A DNA stretch of 64,000 nucleotides from an uncultured Pelagibacteraceae bacterium. GTDB taxonomy: Bacteria; Pseudomonadota; Alphaproteobacteria; Pelagibacterales; AG-422-B15. The translations under genes and the position numbers were made by a program. The DNA is taken from contig CACDOH010000001.1 of NCBI GenBank assembly GCA_902554325.1, positions 68,135 to 132,134 of the forward strand. The letters are read 5' to 3'. Positions 42,580-52,603 of the stretch are shown piece after piece; within the stretch, counting starts at the first letter, position 1, and every line of letters starts with the position of its first letter. The notes under the pieces were generated by a model that did no database searches, was not told the origin of the DNA, and saw only the letters and a program-made list of their open reading frames with translations.

Positions 42580-43140
42580 TTAGTGTTTGATATCAGAATT
42601 TTTAATAATTTTAAAAAAAGTTAAAAATAAAATATAAATGTCAAATTTTATTGATCTTCTCTTAATGTATTCAATATCTAACTCAACTTTCTCTTTAATA
42701 TTTAAGCTATCTCTTCCATTAACTTGTGCCCAACCAGTAATACCTGGCTTTATTTTATGTACATTAAATTTTGTTCTCAAAATTATTAAATCATTTTGAT
42801 TGAATAATGCCGGTCTAGGTCCCACTAAAGCAAGATCTCCTTTAATGATCGAAATAAGCTGAGGCAATTCGTCAAGACTGTACCTTCTTAAAAAAGAACC
42901 ACAAGGGGAAAATTTTAGATTTTTTTCATTAATTAAATGTGTAGCTAGCAAAGGAGTATCTTTAGCGAGAGTTCTAAATTTTGGCATTTTAAAAATTTTA
43001 TTATTCATTCCAATCCTATCAGACCAGAAAATAGGGGAGCCCTTTGTGGTTATGAAAACAAAAATATATATTAAAATGATAGGAGCTGTTAATATTAGAA
43101 CCAAAAAGATTACAAGTAATATTTCTATAAATTTATTCAT
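42580..43140 (-). CDS. Small (PglC/WbpL-like) undecaprenyl-phosphate sugar-phosphate transferase
   Basis: 186 aa. One re-entrant helix, 'KMPKFRTL', 'SLDELPQL.N...G.L.LVGPRP' and 'KPGITGWAQVNGR'. Confidence 0.88.
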   Translation of the reverse strand: MNKFIEILLVIFLVLILTAPIILIYIFVFITTKGSPIFWSDRIGMNNKIFKMPKFRTLAKDTPLLATHLINEKNLKFSPCGSFLRRYSLDELPQLISIIKGDLALVGPRPALFNQNDLIILRTKFNVHKIKPGITGWAQVNGRDSLNIKEKVELDIEYIKRRSIKFDIYILFLTFFKIIKNSDIKH

Positions 43141-43144
43141 TAAT

Positions 43145-44272
43145 TCATATTTTATATAAATTTAGTTGTTTTGAATTAATCATATTAATATCAAATACTT
43201 TTTCAGAAAATATTCTTGCTTCTTTTCCCATCTTTATTCGCATATCTCTATTCAATATTAATAATTCAATCTTATCTACAAGATCATTAACATCATATAA
43301 TTCAACTAATAAACCCGTTTGATTAACCTTTATTGATTCATTACAACCTGCAACATTAGTTACAATACATGGCCTACCACATGCTGAAGCTTCTAAGATT
43401 GCTTTAGGCATACCTTCTCTATAGCTTGGTAAAACAATAATATGTGACTTGTGATAAATTGATAATGTGTCTTCAACGTGACCTCTCCAATTTATGATTT
43501 TTTTATTATTCCATTCATTTAATTTTTGAATAGGTATGGAACTAGGATTATGTCTATCAGGATCACCGTAGAGATTAAATTCAATACCAATATACTTTTT
43601 TTTTAGAATAATAGCTGCTTCAACAAACTCTCTAATACCCTTGTCATAAATCATTCTAGCAACTAATGATATATTTAAATTACCTTCAGATTCTCTTACA
43701 GGATAAAAATATTTTGTGTTTACCCCTGATCCTTTAATTAAAACTACATTTTTTCTTTTTAATTTTTTTCTTATAAAATTATTTACTATTTTTTGATCAT
43801 TACTATTTTGAACTATTATGAAAGAATCTTTTCTATTTATTGCTAAATTAAAGGAGATTGATAGGATTTTTCTTGCAATTTTGTTAATTAAATTTTTCTT
43901 TATGAATATGTAACCTAGGCCTGAAACAGCTAAGATTATTTTTTTTACACCAAGAAAATTAGCTAGAAACCCACAAATGATATTATTTTTATTTGAAACT
44001 GAATGAATAATATCAGGCTTAATTTTTAAAACGGTAGTTACAAAAGAAAAAACAGCAAAAATATCTTTTAAAATATTAAAACCTCTACTCAAATTACTCT
44101 CGTAAATTACAATACCTTCATTTTCAATGTATTTTTTGTAGTCTGTTATATTTGTCATTAAATGAACCTCGTAACCCTCAGATAATGCTTTTTTCGCAAG
44201 CTCTAATCTATGTGATAAGAAGCCCCTATCAGTATTCACATAATACAATAAAACGTACTTTCTTTCTTTCAT
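43145..44272 (-). CDS. Glycosyltransferase family 4
   Basis: 375 aa. C-terminal 'LPSYREGMPKAILEASACGRPCIVT' EX7E-type motif. Confidence 0.8.
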   Translation of the reverse strand: MKERKYVLLYYVNTDRGFLSHRLELAKKALSEGYEVHLMTNITDYKKYIENEGIVIYESNLSRGFNILKDIFAVFSFVTTVLKIKPDIIHSVSNKNNIICGFLANFLGVKKIILAVSGLGYIFIKKNLINKIARKILSISFNLAINRKDSFIIVQNSNDQKIVNNFIRKKLKRKNVVLIKGSGVNTKYFYPVRESEGNLNISLVARMIYDKGIREFVEAAIILKKKYIGIEFNLYGDPDRHNPSSIPIQKLNEWNNKKIINWRGHVEDTLSIYHKSHIIVLPSYREGMPKAILEASACGRPCIVTNVAGCNESIKVNQTGLLVELYDVNDLVDKIELLILNRDMRIKMGKEARIFSEKVFDINMINSKQLNLYKI

Positions 44273-44319
44273 AGCTAATTCAATTTAAATATCAGTTTAT
44301 TTAATAATAATTAAACTAT

Positions 44320-45615
44320 TTATAGTTGCGAAATTTTAACATTATTTTTTTTAGCATCAACGACACTTAAATTTGATTGAATATCGTAAAGTATGCCAGA
44401 GGTATTCAAAAGTTTTTTGTATTTTAAAATTTTATATTTTTTTAATTCTTTATGAGATACGCCATAAATTATTGCATCCGAATCATTTGGAAGTTCATTC
44501 CATTTATAAAGCTTTATTTTGTGAGAACGGTAAATATCTTCTTTATTAATGTAAGGATCATAAGCGAATATATTAATATTATAAGATCTTAAATAATTAT
44601 ACACTTCTATCATTTTAGAATTTCTTATATCTGATACGTTTTCCTTGAATGTAAGTCCTAAAATTATAATTTTTGACTCGCTAAATTTAAGATTGTTTTT
44701 TGCTAGCTCATTAACTACTTTACTCGCTACGTGGAGGGGCATTCTGTCATTAATTTTTCTTCCAGATTGGATTACCTCTGTATGAATACCCAGCTCAGAA
44801 GCTTTATAAACCAAATAATAAGGATCTACTCCTATGCAATGTCCACCAACTAGACCAGGCTTAAAGCGCTGAAAATTCCATTTTGTTGAAGCCGCTTCTA
44901 ATACTTGTGAGGTATTTATGCCCATCTTTTCAAAAATCAAAGAAAGCTCATTCATCAAAGCAATATTTATATCTCTTTGGGTATTTTCAATTACCTTGGC
45001 TGCTTCAGCAACTTTAATACTTTCAGCTTCATATACTCCCACTTTGATTATTTTTTTGTAGATTTTAGAAATTATTTGTAAAGTACTTGGTGTGTCTCCT
45101 GATACTACTTTAATAATATTAGTCAGGGTTTTCTTTTTATCTCCTGGATTTATTCTTTCCGGGCTGTAACCCACAAAAAAATCTTTCTTCCATTTAAACT
45201 TTGAGGATTTTTCTAATAGTGGTACACATACTTCCTCAGTCACGCCAGGATATACGGTAGACTCATACACTACAATGCATTTCTTTTTCATTACTTTTCC
45301 AACCAATAAAGAACTATTTTGTAAATAACTTAGATCAGGTTTTCTAGATTTATCTATTGGAGTGGGAACGGTAATTATAATTATATTTGCTTTTGAGAGT
45401 GTCTTTGAAGAGTTTGTAAAAGTTAAATTCTTTGATTTATAAAATTCTTTTGAAGCAACCTCTTTATTTGGATCAAGCTTTTTCTTATAACTACTTATTT
45501 TAGTTTTAGCTAAATCAAATCCGATTGTTTGAAAATATTTACCAAATTCAATCGCAAGGGGTAGTCCTACATACCCTAGTCCAACAATTGCAATTTTGAT
45601 TTTTGCTTTCATCAT
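44320..45615 (-). CDS. UDP-N-acetyl-hexosamine 6-dehydrogenase (TviB/WbpO/CapL family)
   Basis: 431 aa. 'IAIVGLGYVGLPLAIEFGK', 'YSPERINPGD' and 'GLVGGHCIGVDPYY'. Confidence 0.88.
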   Translation of the reverse strand: MMKAKIKIAIVGLGYVGLPLAIEFGKYFQTIGFDLAKTKISSYKKKLDPNKEVASKEFYKSKNLTFTNSSKTLSKANIIIITVPTPIDKSRKPDLSYLQNSSLLVGKVMKKKCIVVYESTVYPGVTEEVCVPLLEKSSKFKWKKDFFVGYSPERINPGDKKKTLTNIIKVVSGDTPSTLQIISKIYKKIIKVGVYEAESIKVAEAAKVIENTQRDINIALMNELSLIFEKMGINTSQVLEAASTKWNFQRFKPGLVGGHCIGVDPYYLVYKASELGIHTEVIQSGRKINDRMPLHVASKVVNELAKNNLKFSESKIIILGLTFKENVSDIRNSKMIEVYNYLRSYNINIFAYDPYINKEDIYRSHKIKLYKWNELPNDSDAIIYGVSHKELKKYKILKYKKLLNTSGILYDIQSNLSVVDAKKNNVKISQL

Positions 45616-45618
45616 TTT

Positions 45619-47520
45619 TTACTTGTTATATTCTAACCATAATTGAAATACAATTATATTCCATAGAAAGTAATGCCAATTTTTTTTGCCTGATAGATGT
45701 TCATTCCATTTAGAGATCACAATTTCCGAATTGAAATATTCTTCTTTGTGATTTATTGCAGAATATATTTTTTCACTAGCAAATTCTTTTAGTGGACCTC
45801 TCAACCAATTTGCAATTGGAACAGCAAATCCCATTTTAGGTCTATTAATTAAATTATTTGGAATATAATCTGAAAGTAGTTCCTTTAAAATAATTTTTGA
45901 CCTACCTCGATTTACTTTTTTTTCAACTGGCAAGCTCCAAGCAAACTCAATTACTTTTTTATCTAAAAAAGGAATTCGCGTTTCTAAACCCACTGACATA
46001 GATGCTCTATCTACTTTACATAAAATATCATCTGTCAAATAAATCTTTGAATCAAAATACATCATTTTTTCGATTATATTTGATACATTTTCCGGGATTT
46101 GATATTTCGAAATTATGTCATTTCTTTCGTTAGAATTTAAAACAATATTTTGCTTTTGATAATCAATATAATTATACAAAAGATTTTGGTATAACTGATC
46201 AAAATCATCTTTATCTAAAAGAAAAGATAATTTATTAAGTTTATCTGATAGTTGGTAGTTTTGGTTTATTAAACCTGAAAAAATTCCAATGTCTTCAATT
46301 TTTCCGACTACATTGCCTGATAATTTTCTAAGTGTATAAGCAAGAATTTTCCTAATTTTTAATGGCATGGATAGAATTCTTGAGGACCATATATATCTAT
46401 TATAACCTCCAAATAATTCATCACCACCATCACCTGATAAAGCAACGGTTACTTTACTTCTTGCAAATTTTGATAATAAATAAGTTACAAGCTGAGACGA
46501 GTCAGAAAATGGCTCATCATATATTTCTGGAATAAGTTGGATTATATCTTGTATGTGTTTATATCCAATTTTAACTTCACTATGATTTGATCCAATTGTA
46601 TTTGCAATTTCTCTAGCATATAATGACTCGTCAAATCTTTTGTCCTCAAATCCAATTGTAAACGTATTAATCCTATTAGGTGAGGTTTCTTGCATCAAAC
46701 AAGAAATTAGCGAAGAGTCTATCCCTCCAGACAAAAACGATCCAATAGGCACATCTGATAATTGTTGTTTGGTAATACTTTCAATCAATATTTCTTTTAA
46801 TCTTAATTTACTATCTATATGAGTCGTTATCTTTCTTGATGAAATAATAGATTTTAAGTCGTAATATTGGAATGTTCTCGGACTTAATTCATTATAAAGC
46901 TGTAAGTTGAGAAGATATCCTGGCTTTAATTTGTAAATTTTTTTATATATCGAATAAGGACATTCAATATATCCAGATTTTATAAAAGAAGATAATGAAT
47001 TTCGATTAATTTTTAAGTCTAAACCTTGTATCGCTTTAAATGCTTTTAATTCAGATGCAAAAAAGAATTTATTGTTTAAATGGCCATAGTAGAGTGGTTT
47101 TTGACCTAATGGGTCTCTGACAAGAAATAGTTGATCTTTTTTTTTGTCATATAATGCAAAGGCGAACATTCCTTCTATTTTTTTTAAAGTTTGCTCTAAT
47201 CCAAAATATTGAATACTTTCGATAAGCGTTTCAGTATCAGTAGAACTATTCCATTTTATTGGAATATTTTTCCTAATTTCGCGATGATTATAAATTTCAC
47301 CATTAAATACAATTGTATATCTACCACTCTGTGATTGCATTGGCTGCCTTCCATTTTGTGATAAATCAATAATTGAAAGTCGAGTATGCGCAAATCCAAT
47401 ATAATCAGATTTCCAAATTCCCTCATCATCAGGACCACGATGAGATAAAATTTTATTCATTTTAATTAACGTGTCTGGATCTACACCTTTTTGATCATAG
47501 TACCCTGCTATACCACACAT
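45619..47520 (-). CDS. Asparagine synthase-type glutamine amidotransferase (WbpS/WbtH-like)
   Basis: 633 aa. N-terminal 'MCGIAG' Ntn nucleophile and 'FLSGGIDSS' PP-loop. Confidence 0.9.
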   Translation of the reverse strand: MCGIAGYYDQKGVDPDTLIKMNKILSHRGPDDEGIWKSDYIGFAHTRLSIIDLSQNGRQPMQSQSGRYTIVFNGEIYNHREIRKNIPIKWNSSTDTETLIESIQYFGLEQTLKKIEGMFAFALYDKKKDQLFLVRDPLGQKPLYYGHLNNKFFFASELKAFKAIQGLDLKINRNSLSSFIKSGYIECPYSIYKKIYKLKPGYLLNLQLYNELSPRTFQYYDLKSIISSRKITTHIDSKLRLKEILIESITKQQLSDVPIGSFLSGGIDSSLISCLMQETSPNRINTFTIGFEDKRFDESLYAREIANTIGSNHSEVKIGYKHIQDIIQLIPEIYDEPFSDSSQLVTYLLSKFARSKVTVALSGDGGDELFGGYNRYIWSSRILSMPLKIRKILAYTLRKLSGNVVGKIEDIGIFSGLINQNYQLSDKLNKLSFLLDKDDFDQLYQNLLYNYIDYQKQNIVLNSNERNDIISKYQIPENVSNIIEKMMYFDSKIYLTDDILCKVDRASMSVGLETRIPFLDKKVIEFAWSLPVEKKVNRGRSKIILKELLSDYIPNNLINRPKMGFAVPIANWLRGPLKEFASEKIYSAINHKEEYFNSEIVISKWNEHLSGKKNWHYFLWNIIVFQLWLEYNK

Positions 47521-47535
47521 AACTTTTAATAATCT

Positions 47536-48732
47536 TTAAATTCCCCAAATTTTAGAATATTTATCTACCATTTCTTCCATTGAGTATTGTTTTTTAATAT
47601 GATCAATAGAATTAATTTTTTTTCTATTCCAATCATCCTGATTGCTCATTTCACTTATAGATCGACGCATAGCGTCGACAAGTTGAGAGACAGTATTTTC
47701 TTGTATTATAAATCCAAAATCACCAACTATTTGTAATGCATCTCCTGAATTTGTTGCAATACATGGGGTTCCACATGCCATTGCTTCACATAGAATATTT
47801 GGAAATCCCTCTCCTCTTTTAGCGCATAATATATTGATATCGGCAGAGTTGTACAGCGTCTCTATTTTATCAATTTCACCTAGCAAATATATATTTTTTT
47901 TACTCTTTATATTATTTATTTCATTTAAAAGTGAATTATTCTTCTCATCAATATTGGTTCCTGCCATAAATAAATAACACGTAGTTTTAATGTCGTTGGA
48001 AAGTATATTGAACGCTTTTAAAACTGTTAAATGGTCTTTTTGTGGACTCCATCTTGCAACCATCGAAAATAAAATACTGGATTCATCAATTGCATATTGC
48101 TTTCTGAAAAGTGTCCTTAATTTTAATTGATTTTTGAATATTTCAATGTCTACACCATTATTAATTGTAATAAATTTGCCTGATTTATAACCTATATTTT
48201 TATGCATTCTAGTTGCAGAGTTCGAGCAAGATATTATTTTAAATGGTACTATATAAGAAAATATAGCAAGAAAGGATATAATTAATTTTGTGGAAGTTTT
48301 TAGTTCTTTTGAACCATTCCTTATTCCCCAGAAAATTTTTGTAAAGGGAAATATAATCTTTAAAAAAATACTTAAGAAGTCTGCATGATACATCCATGTT
48401 TGTATGACTTTTGGTTTTAATTGTGAAATTAAGTAAATTATTTTAATAAATTTTATTATAAAATTTAATTTATTTATTTTACAGTTGTATAAACTTATTC
48501 CTTCCTTTTCTATTTTTTCTGAAAAAAATTGTTTGGTTGACAAATTAATTATAAATATTTTTTTGTTTTTCAGATTTTTACTCAAATTAAATAGAGTTTT
48601 TTCGGACCCCCCTAGCGCTAAACTTGAGGTTATAAAAACTGTTTCAACTTGCTTTAGGTTGTTGGAAATTTTAGAAAAGTCTTTCAAATTGCTGCCCAAT
48701 ATTTTCAAAAGAGTATTGTAATTTAAACTCAC
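47536..48732 (-). CDS. Glycosyltransferase family 4
   Basis: 398 aa. 'LGGSEK' N-terminus and 'KRGEGFPNILCEAMACGTPCIATNSGD'. 62-nt overlap with the upstream gene if ATG 48732 is used. Confidence 0.75.
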   Translation of the reverse strand: MSLNYNTLLKILGSNLKDFSKISNNLKQVETVFITSSLALGGSEKTLFNLSKNLKNKKIFIINLSTKQFFSEKIEKEGISLYNCKINKLNFIIKFIKIIYLISQLKPKVIQTWMYHADFLSIFLKIIFPFTKIFWGIRNGSKELKTSTKLIISFLAIFSYIVPFKIISCSNSATRMHKNIGYKSGKFITINNGVDIEIFKNQLKLRTLFRKQYAIDESSILFSMVARWSPQKDHLTVLKAFNILSNDIKTTCYLFMAGTNIDEKNNSLLNEINNIKSKKNIYLLGEIDKIETLYNSADINILCAKRGEGFPNILCEAMACGTPCIATNSGDALQIVGDFGFIIQENTVSQLVDAMRRSISEMSNQDDWNRKKINSIDHIKKQYSMEEMVDKYSKIWGI

Positions 48733-49762
48733 TTAATAGATTTATTTTAATCTTACTTGATACAATTTGATCAATTTTGGCCGCAAAAACTGAACTATCA
48801 TTTGTATCAATTGTATATCCACATTTATTGTTATTTAAAAGTTCTTCAACACCACTTATTGCTCTCAAAGCTAGTATTGGTGTTTCCAAAGCTATTGATT
48901 CTAAAACTGCATTAGGCAGTCCTTCTACAACTGAAGTAGATAATGAGAGCACCGCTTTAGAAACTATCGCATGAGGGTTTTTTACATGGCCCATAAGTAT
49001 TACCTTATTTTGAATTCCCAGCTTATTTATTTGTTTTAAAATATTATTTCTTTCACTCCCCTCGCCTAGTATTAAGAGTTTTAAGTCTTTAGTTTCAATT
49101 TTGCTAAAAGACTCAATTAAAAATTTAATATTCTTTTCAGGTGATAGTCTAGAAACCGCAACTGCATACTTCTTTGGTATTATTTTATTTGCATCTACAT
49201 TTTTACTTGCTTCAATGTTTAATGCATTAAAATCAATCGGATTGTAAATTTTTTCTATCTTATCTCTAAAGTTAGGATAAGAAGACAGAAAGTCAATTCT
49301 AACATCCTCTGCAGGACAAATTATTTTTTTTGATTTTTTATACAAAATTGGCGTTAAATATTTTATAACATATTTTTTAAGGAGAGGCTCTGTATCAATA
49401 AGTAAGTTATAACATGTAGATTCTCTTAGAAAAAAATCACTTTGATTAAATGTTATTAACTTTGCAACCAAAACAATTAAGTTTATATGTCTTTGCGACG
49501 ATATGACTGAGTTATGCCTATTTTTTACAAAATACTTAAATAAATCAAGCAAACAATAGAGCGATCTGGATTTACCAAAGATAATAACATTTACTTTACT
49601 ATCTATTTTAACTTTTTTTTTGTCATTACTTAATATGATTAAGTCTACTGCGTAACCCAATTGAGAAAATAAATTTGCAAAATTACAAAGTACTCTTTCA
49701 GACCCACCTCCACTATAAGCGTGATTAATAATAGTAACTTTTTTCTTTTTAATAAAACTCAT
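48671..49762 (-). CDS. Glycosyltransferase family 4
   Basis: 363 aa. 'YSGGGSERV' and 'STSVVEGLPNAVLESIALETPILA'. Confidence 0.78.
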   Translation of the reverse strand: MSFIKKKKVTIINHAYSGGGSERVLCNFANLFSQLGYAVDLIILSNDKKKVKIDSKVNVIIFGKSRSLYCLLDLFKYFVKNRHNSVISSQRHINLIVLVAKLITFNQSDFFLRESTCYNLLIDTEPLLKKYVIKYLTPILYKKSKKIICPAEDVRIDFLSSYPNFRDKIEKIYNPIDFNALNIEASKNVDANKIIPKKYAVAVSRLSPEKNIKFLIESFSKIETKDLKLLILGEGSERNNILKQINKLGIQNKVILMGHVKNPHAIVSKAVLSLSTSVVEGLPNAVLESIALETPILALRAISGVEELLNNNKCGYTIDTNDSSVFAAKIDQIVSSKIKINLLSEFKLQYSFENIGQQFERLF

Positions 49763-50853
49763 ATTTGAATGTCAAATTGGTTTTTTATCATCTTTGAAAA
49801 AAAATTATAAAAATATTCATCTTTATTCAAAAAGTTTTTTTTATCATTATAAACATAATCTTGTTTCATAATTAATTTAATTTGGCGTTTCATTTCAAAG
49901 AAATCTCTATCTTTAAATATTAATCCACTTTTTCCAGGTATAATATATTCACAAGTCCCACATGTTGAGGAGCATATTACAGGTATATCATTTGCAAGTG
50001 CTTCAATCACCGAAATGCTCGCTGGCTCAGCAGTTGCTGGCAAGATAAAGAGGTCGGTCTTATTATAGAAATTGTTTATATTTTTATGTGGTATATTAAT
50101 ATAAATTCTCAATCGTGAGTCTTTTTCGCTAAAATCGTATTTTACAAGAGCTTTATTTAAGTTCTCAAAGTGCTCTGGAGTAAAAACTTCACTGACTATG
50201 TCTAATTTTACATTTTTACCTTCATTGATTAATTCCTCAATGATTTCAATCAATTCAATGAGGTTTTTACGTTTAGTAAATTTACCAATAGTAAGAATTC
50301 GAAAATATTTTTTGTCATTTTTCTTAAGGTTATATTTTTTTGCAATGAATGGTACATAATATGTATTCTTTAATTTATTTAATCCCTCAGATTCCATTCC
50401 TTTAATAGGAGAAATAAAGGCAGGGTTAAATAAGATGCATACAATATTATGCAATAACTTTCTTCTAAAATTAAATTTATTATAAATTTTGTTCTGTGAG
50501 TAAACGACTATCTTTGTATTCATAAACTTTGAAAGAAATAATGCAAGAATAGAAAACCAGCGACTTAAGTCTCTAATTATAATAATTTCAGGATTTAATT
50601 TCTTAAAGTATTTAATAAAAATAATAATTTCTGGAAATCCTCTTTTTAAATTCTGACCACCGTCTCCAAATATGAAATTTATGATTTTAGAAAATATGGA
50701 AAGCTTAAACTTTATTGGCGTTATCAATGAATGGTCTTCAGTTTCATGTGATAAAAGAGTACTCATAAATATTTCATGTTTATTTTCTTGTAAGGTCCTG
50801 ATCCACTCAACCATATTCGTATGAAATCTAGGAGCTATAAATAATATTCTCAT
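49759..50853 (-). CDS. Glycosyltransferase family 4 (start re-assigned to the internal ATG)
   Basis: The ORF track extends to 50985. 'MRILFIAPRF' at 50853 gives a typical GT4 N-terminus and an ATGA overlap with the upstream stop. C-terminal 'LPATAEPASISVIEALANDIPVI'. Confidence 0.7.
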   Translation of the reverse strand: MRILFIAPRFHTNMVEWIRTLQENKHEIFMSTLLSHETEDHSLITPIKFKLSIFSKIINFIFGDGGQNLKRGFPEIIIFIKYFKKLNPEIIIIRDLSRWFSILALFLSKFMNTKIVVYSQNKIYNKFNFRRKLLHNIVCILFNPAFISPIKGMESEGLNKLKNTYYVPFIAKKYNLKKNDKKYFRILTIGKFTKRKNLIELIEIIEELINEGKNVKLDIVSEVFTPEHFENLNKALVKYDFSEKDSRLRIYINIPHKNINNFYNKTDLFILPATAEPASISVIEALANDIPVICSSTCGTCEYIIPGKSGLIFKDRDFFEMKRQIKLIMKQDYVYNDKKNFLNKDEYFYNFFSKMIKNQFDIQI

Positions 50854-51815
50854 GAACGAAATAAAGTACTCCATTGATAATAAGATAAAGCAAGATACGG
50901 AGTCCAAAAGCACATTACTAACAATCTCAAGTCTTTTCTTAAATCCCATACAGCATATGCAAGAAAAGGTACGAAACCAGCCCATAGTCTATTTGCAAAA
51001 GGCATCATTAAATTCATAATAGAAAACCAAACCAATATAATAGTAATAAAGTAATGCTTTTTAAGGTATTCTCTTGGAGAAATCATTATTATTGTCAGAA
51101 TAATTAACATTATGATGGTATCAACCTCTCTACCAAATTGGTTGTTTAAAATAGCATTTTGATAAACATGCTGTGTTTTATCTGGAACAAATGAATAAAC
51201 AATTTCATTAAAGAAAGTTGGTAATGTGGCAATAATAATTCCTGTAAATACTATCGCTGCAAGAATAAATACTTTTGATCTTAATCTTTCAATAATAAAA
51301 TCTTTTACAGTAACAAAAAATAAACCGCATACTGCGGTAATATGCCAAAATGGTGCAAATGCAAGAAGCGAATAAGAGATGATTTTAATTGGAATCATTG
51401 TTGCTACAATAATAGTAGAAAATGCAATACTATTTCTGATAATGCTAATAAGCATATCTATCGCGAAAGGATGGAGTAAAAAAAGTAGTGCAAAAAAGAT
51501 ATTCATTCTAGAAATGCAGAAATATGACCAAATAAACATAATAAAACCAGAAATAAATCTAAGTACTAATTCTGAGTCATTTAAAATAGTTTTGAGTTCA
51601 AATAAAACGAAATGGAAAAGGTCTTGATTTGTATAGCTAAATAAATTTACGGTTTCATATTTTCTATCTATCCATTCAGCACTTTCAAGATGACTAAAAT
51701 GTGTTCCGTAGTCAGATGACATCAAATTTGAGTTTATAAGTTCCCAAGGAAACAAAAAAACAAATACTCCCATTAAAAAAGAGTAAATAATATTTTTAAT
51801 GTAAAAAAATTTCAT
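50850..51815 (-). CDS. Polytopic membrane protein, EpsG/Wzy-like candidate glycan polymerase
   Basis: 321 aa with ~9-10 TM helices and no nucleotide-binding motifs. Embedded among glycosyltransferases. Confidence 0.55.
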   Translation of the reverse strand: MKFFYIKNIIYSFLMGVFVFLFPWELINSNLMSSDYGTHFSHLESAEWIDRKYETVNLFSYTNQDLFHFVLFELKTILNDSELVLRFISGFIMFIWSYFCISRMNIFFALLFLLHPFAIDMLISIIRNSIAFSTIIVATMIPIKIISYSLLAFAPFWHITAVCGLFFVTVKDFIIERLRSKVFILAAIVFTGIIIATLPTFFNEIVYSFVPDKTQHVYQNAILNNQFGREVDTIIMLIILTIIMISPREYLKKHYFITIILVWFSIMNLMMPFANRLWAGFVPFLAYAVWDLRKDLRLLVMCFWTPYLALSYYQWSTLFRS

Positions 51816-52603
51816 AATAATTTTTGAGCTATTGCATATCCTCTTTGTTCAGAAATTTCTATATGCTTAATTGAATATTCTTTTTTTTTCTTAACTTCTT
51901 CAATAGCTTTTACTACGCCAGGAAATAAGTTCACCGTTACATCATCAAAAACGATAATATCCCCTTTTTTTTGTTTATTTCTAACATAATTAAATTCACT
52001 TATTACTTCTTTATAGTTATGAACTGCGTCTAAGAAAGCAAAATGAAATCGTTCTATTTCTAGGTTTTTAAATATCGTTTTAGACTTACCCTCATAAAAC
52101 CTTATATTTTTAACTTCATTTTCCCAATAACTTAGCAACTCTTTTCTAGTTTTTTTGGAGTCCAGATCATCAATACAATTCCAGTATATATTCTTATTAT
52201 GTGGGATAATATCACAAGTATGAATTAAACCTTTTTTACCAATATCATTTATTGCTTTTGACATACAAATTGAAGAAAATCCTCTTGCAGTCCCTGTTTC
52301 AATAATATTTACACTGTTGCATGAATTATCATGAATATATTTAGATAATGTCGCGTACAATATCCGACCATGTTGATAATTGAGTCTAGATTTTTTTATA
52401 CAAATCTGTGTATGTAATGCTAAATTTTCAAAATAATCTCGATCTATTTTGAATCCACTTGACTCTTCAAACTTATCTATAACGCTAAATTTTTCTAATT
52501 TGCAATCTTCATGTAAAGCAAGGTATTCTTCTCTTGTTGCAAGTGGTCTATATGTAATGTAAGAAAATCTCTTTTTTAGTTTATTATAGAACCTATTAAT
52601 CAT
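51812..52603 (-). CDS. Class I SAM-dependent methyltransferase-like protein
   Basis: 263 aa. 'IIETGTARGFSS' motif-I-like and 'FAFLDAVH' motif. Weak call. Confidence 0.55.
   Translation of the reverse strand: MINRFYNKLKKRFSYITYRPLATREEYLALHEDCKLEKFSVIDKFEESSGFKIDRDYFENLALHTQICIKKSRLNYQHGRILYATLSKYIHDNSCNSVNIIETGTARGFSSICMSKAINDIGKKGLIHTCDIIPHNKNIYWNCIDDLDSKKTRKELLSYWENEVKNIRFYEGKSKTIFKNLEIERFHFAFLDAVHNYKEVISEFNYVRNKQKKGDIIVFDDVTVNLFPGVVKAIEEVKKKKEYSIKHIEISEQRGYAIAQKLL

Noticed and set aside
47256-47438. 60-aa same-strand alternative-frame ORF inside the asparagine-synthase-like gene.
   Set aside because: It is embedded in the conserved glutaminase domain's coding region, has no motifs and is at the minimum-length cutoff.
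50854-50985. 44-codon N-terminal extension of the GT4 ORF overlapping the polymerase-like gene.
   Set aside because: The Cys/Phe-rich extension overlaps the upstream gene's 3' end in another frame. The internal 'MRILFIAPRF' start gives a canonical GT4 N-terminus and an ATGA junction.
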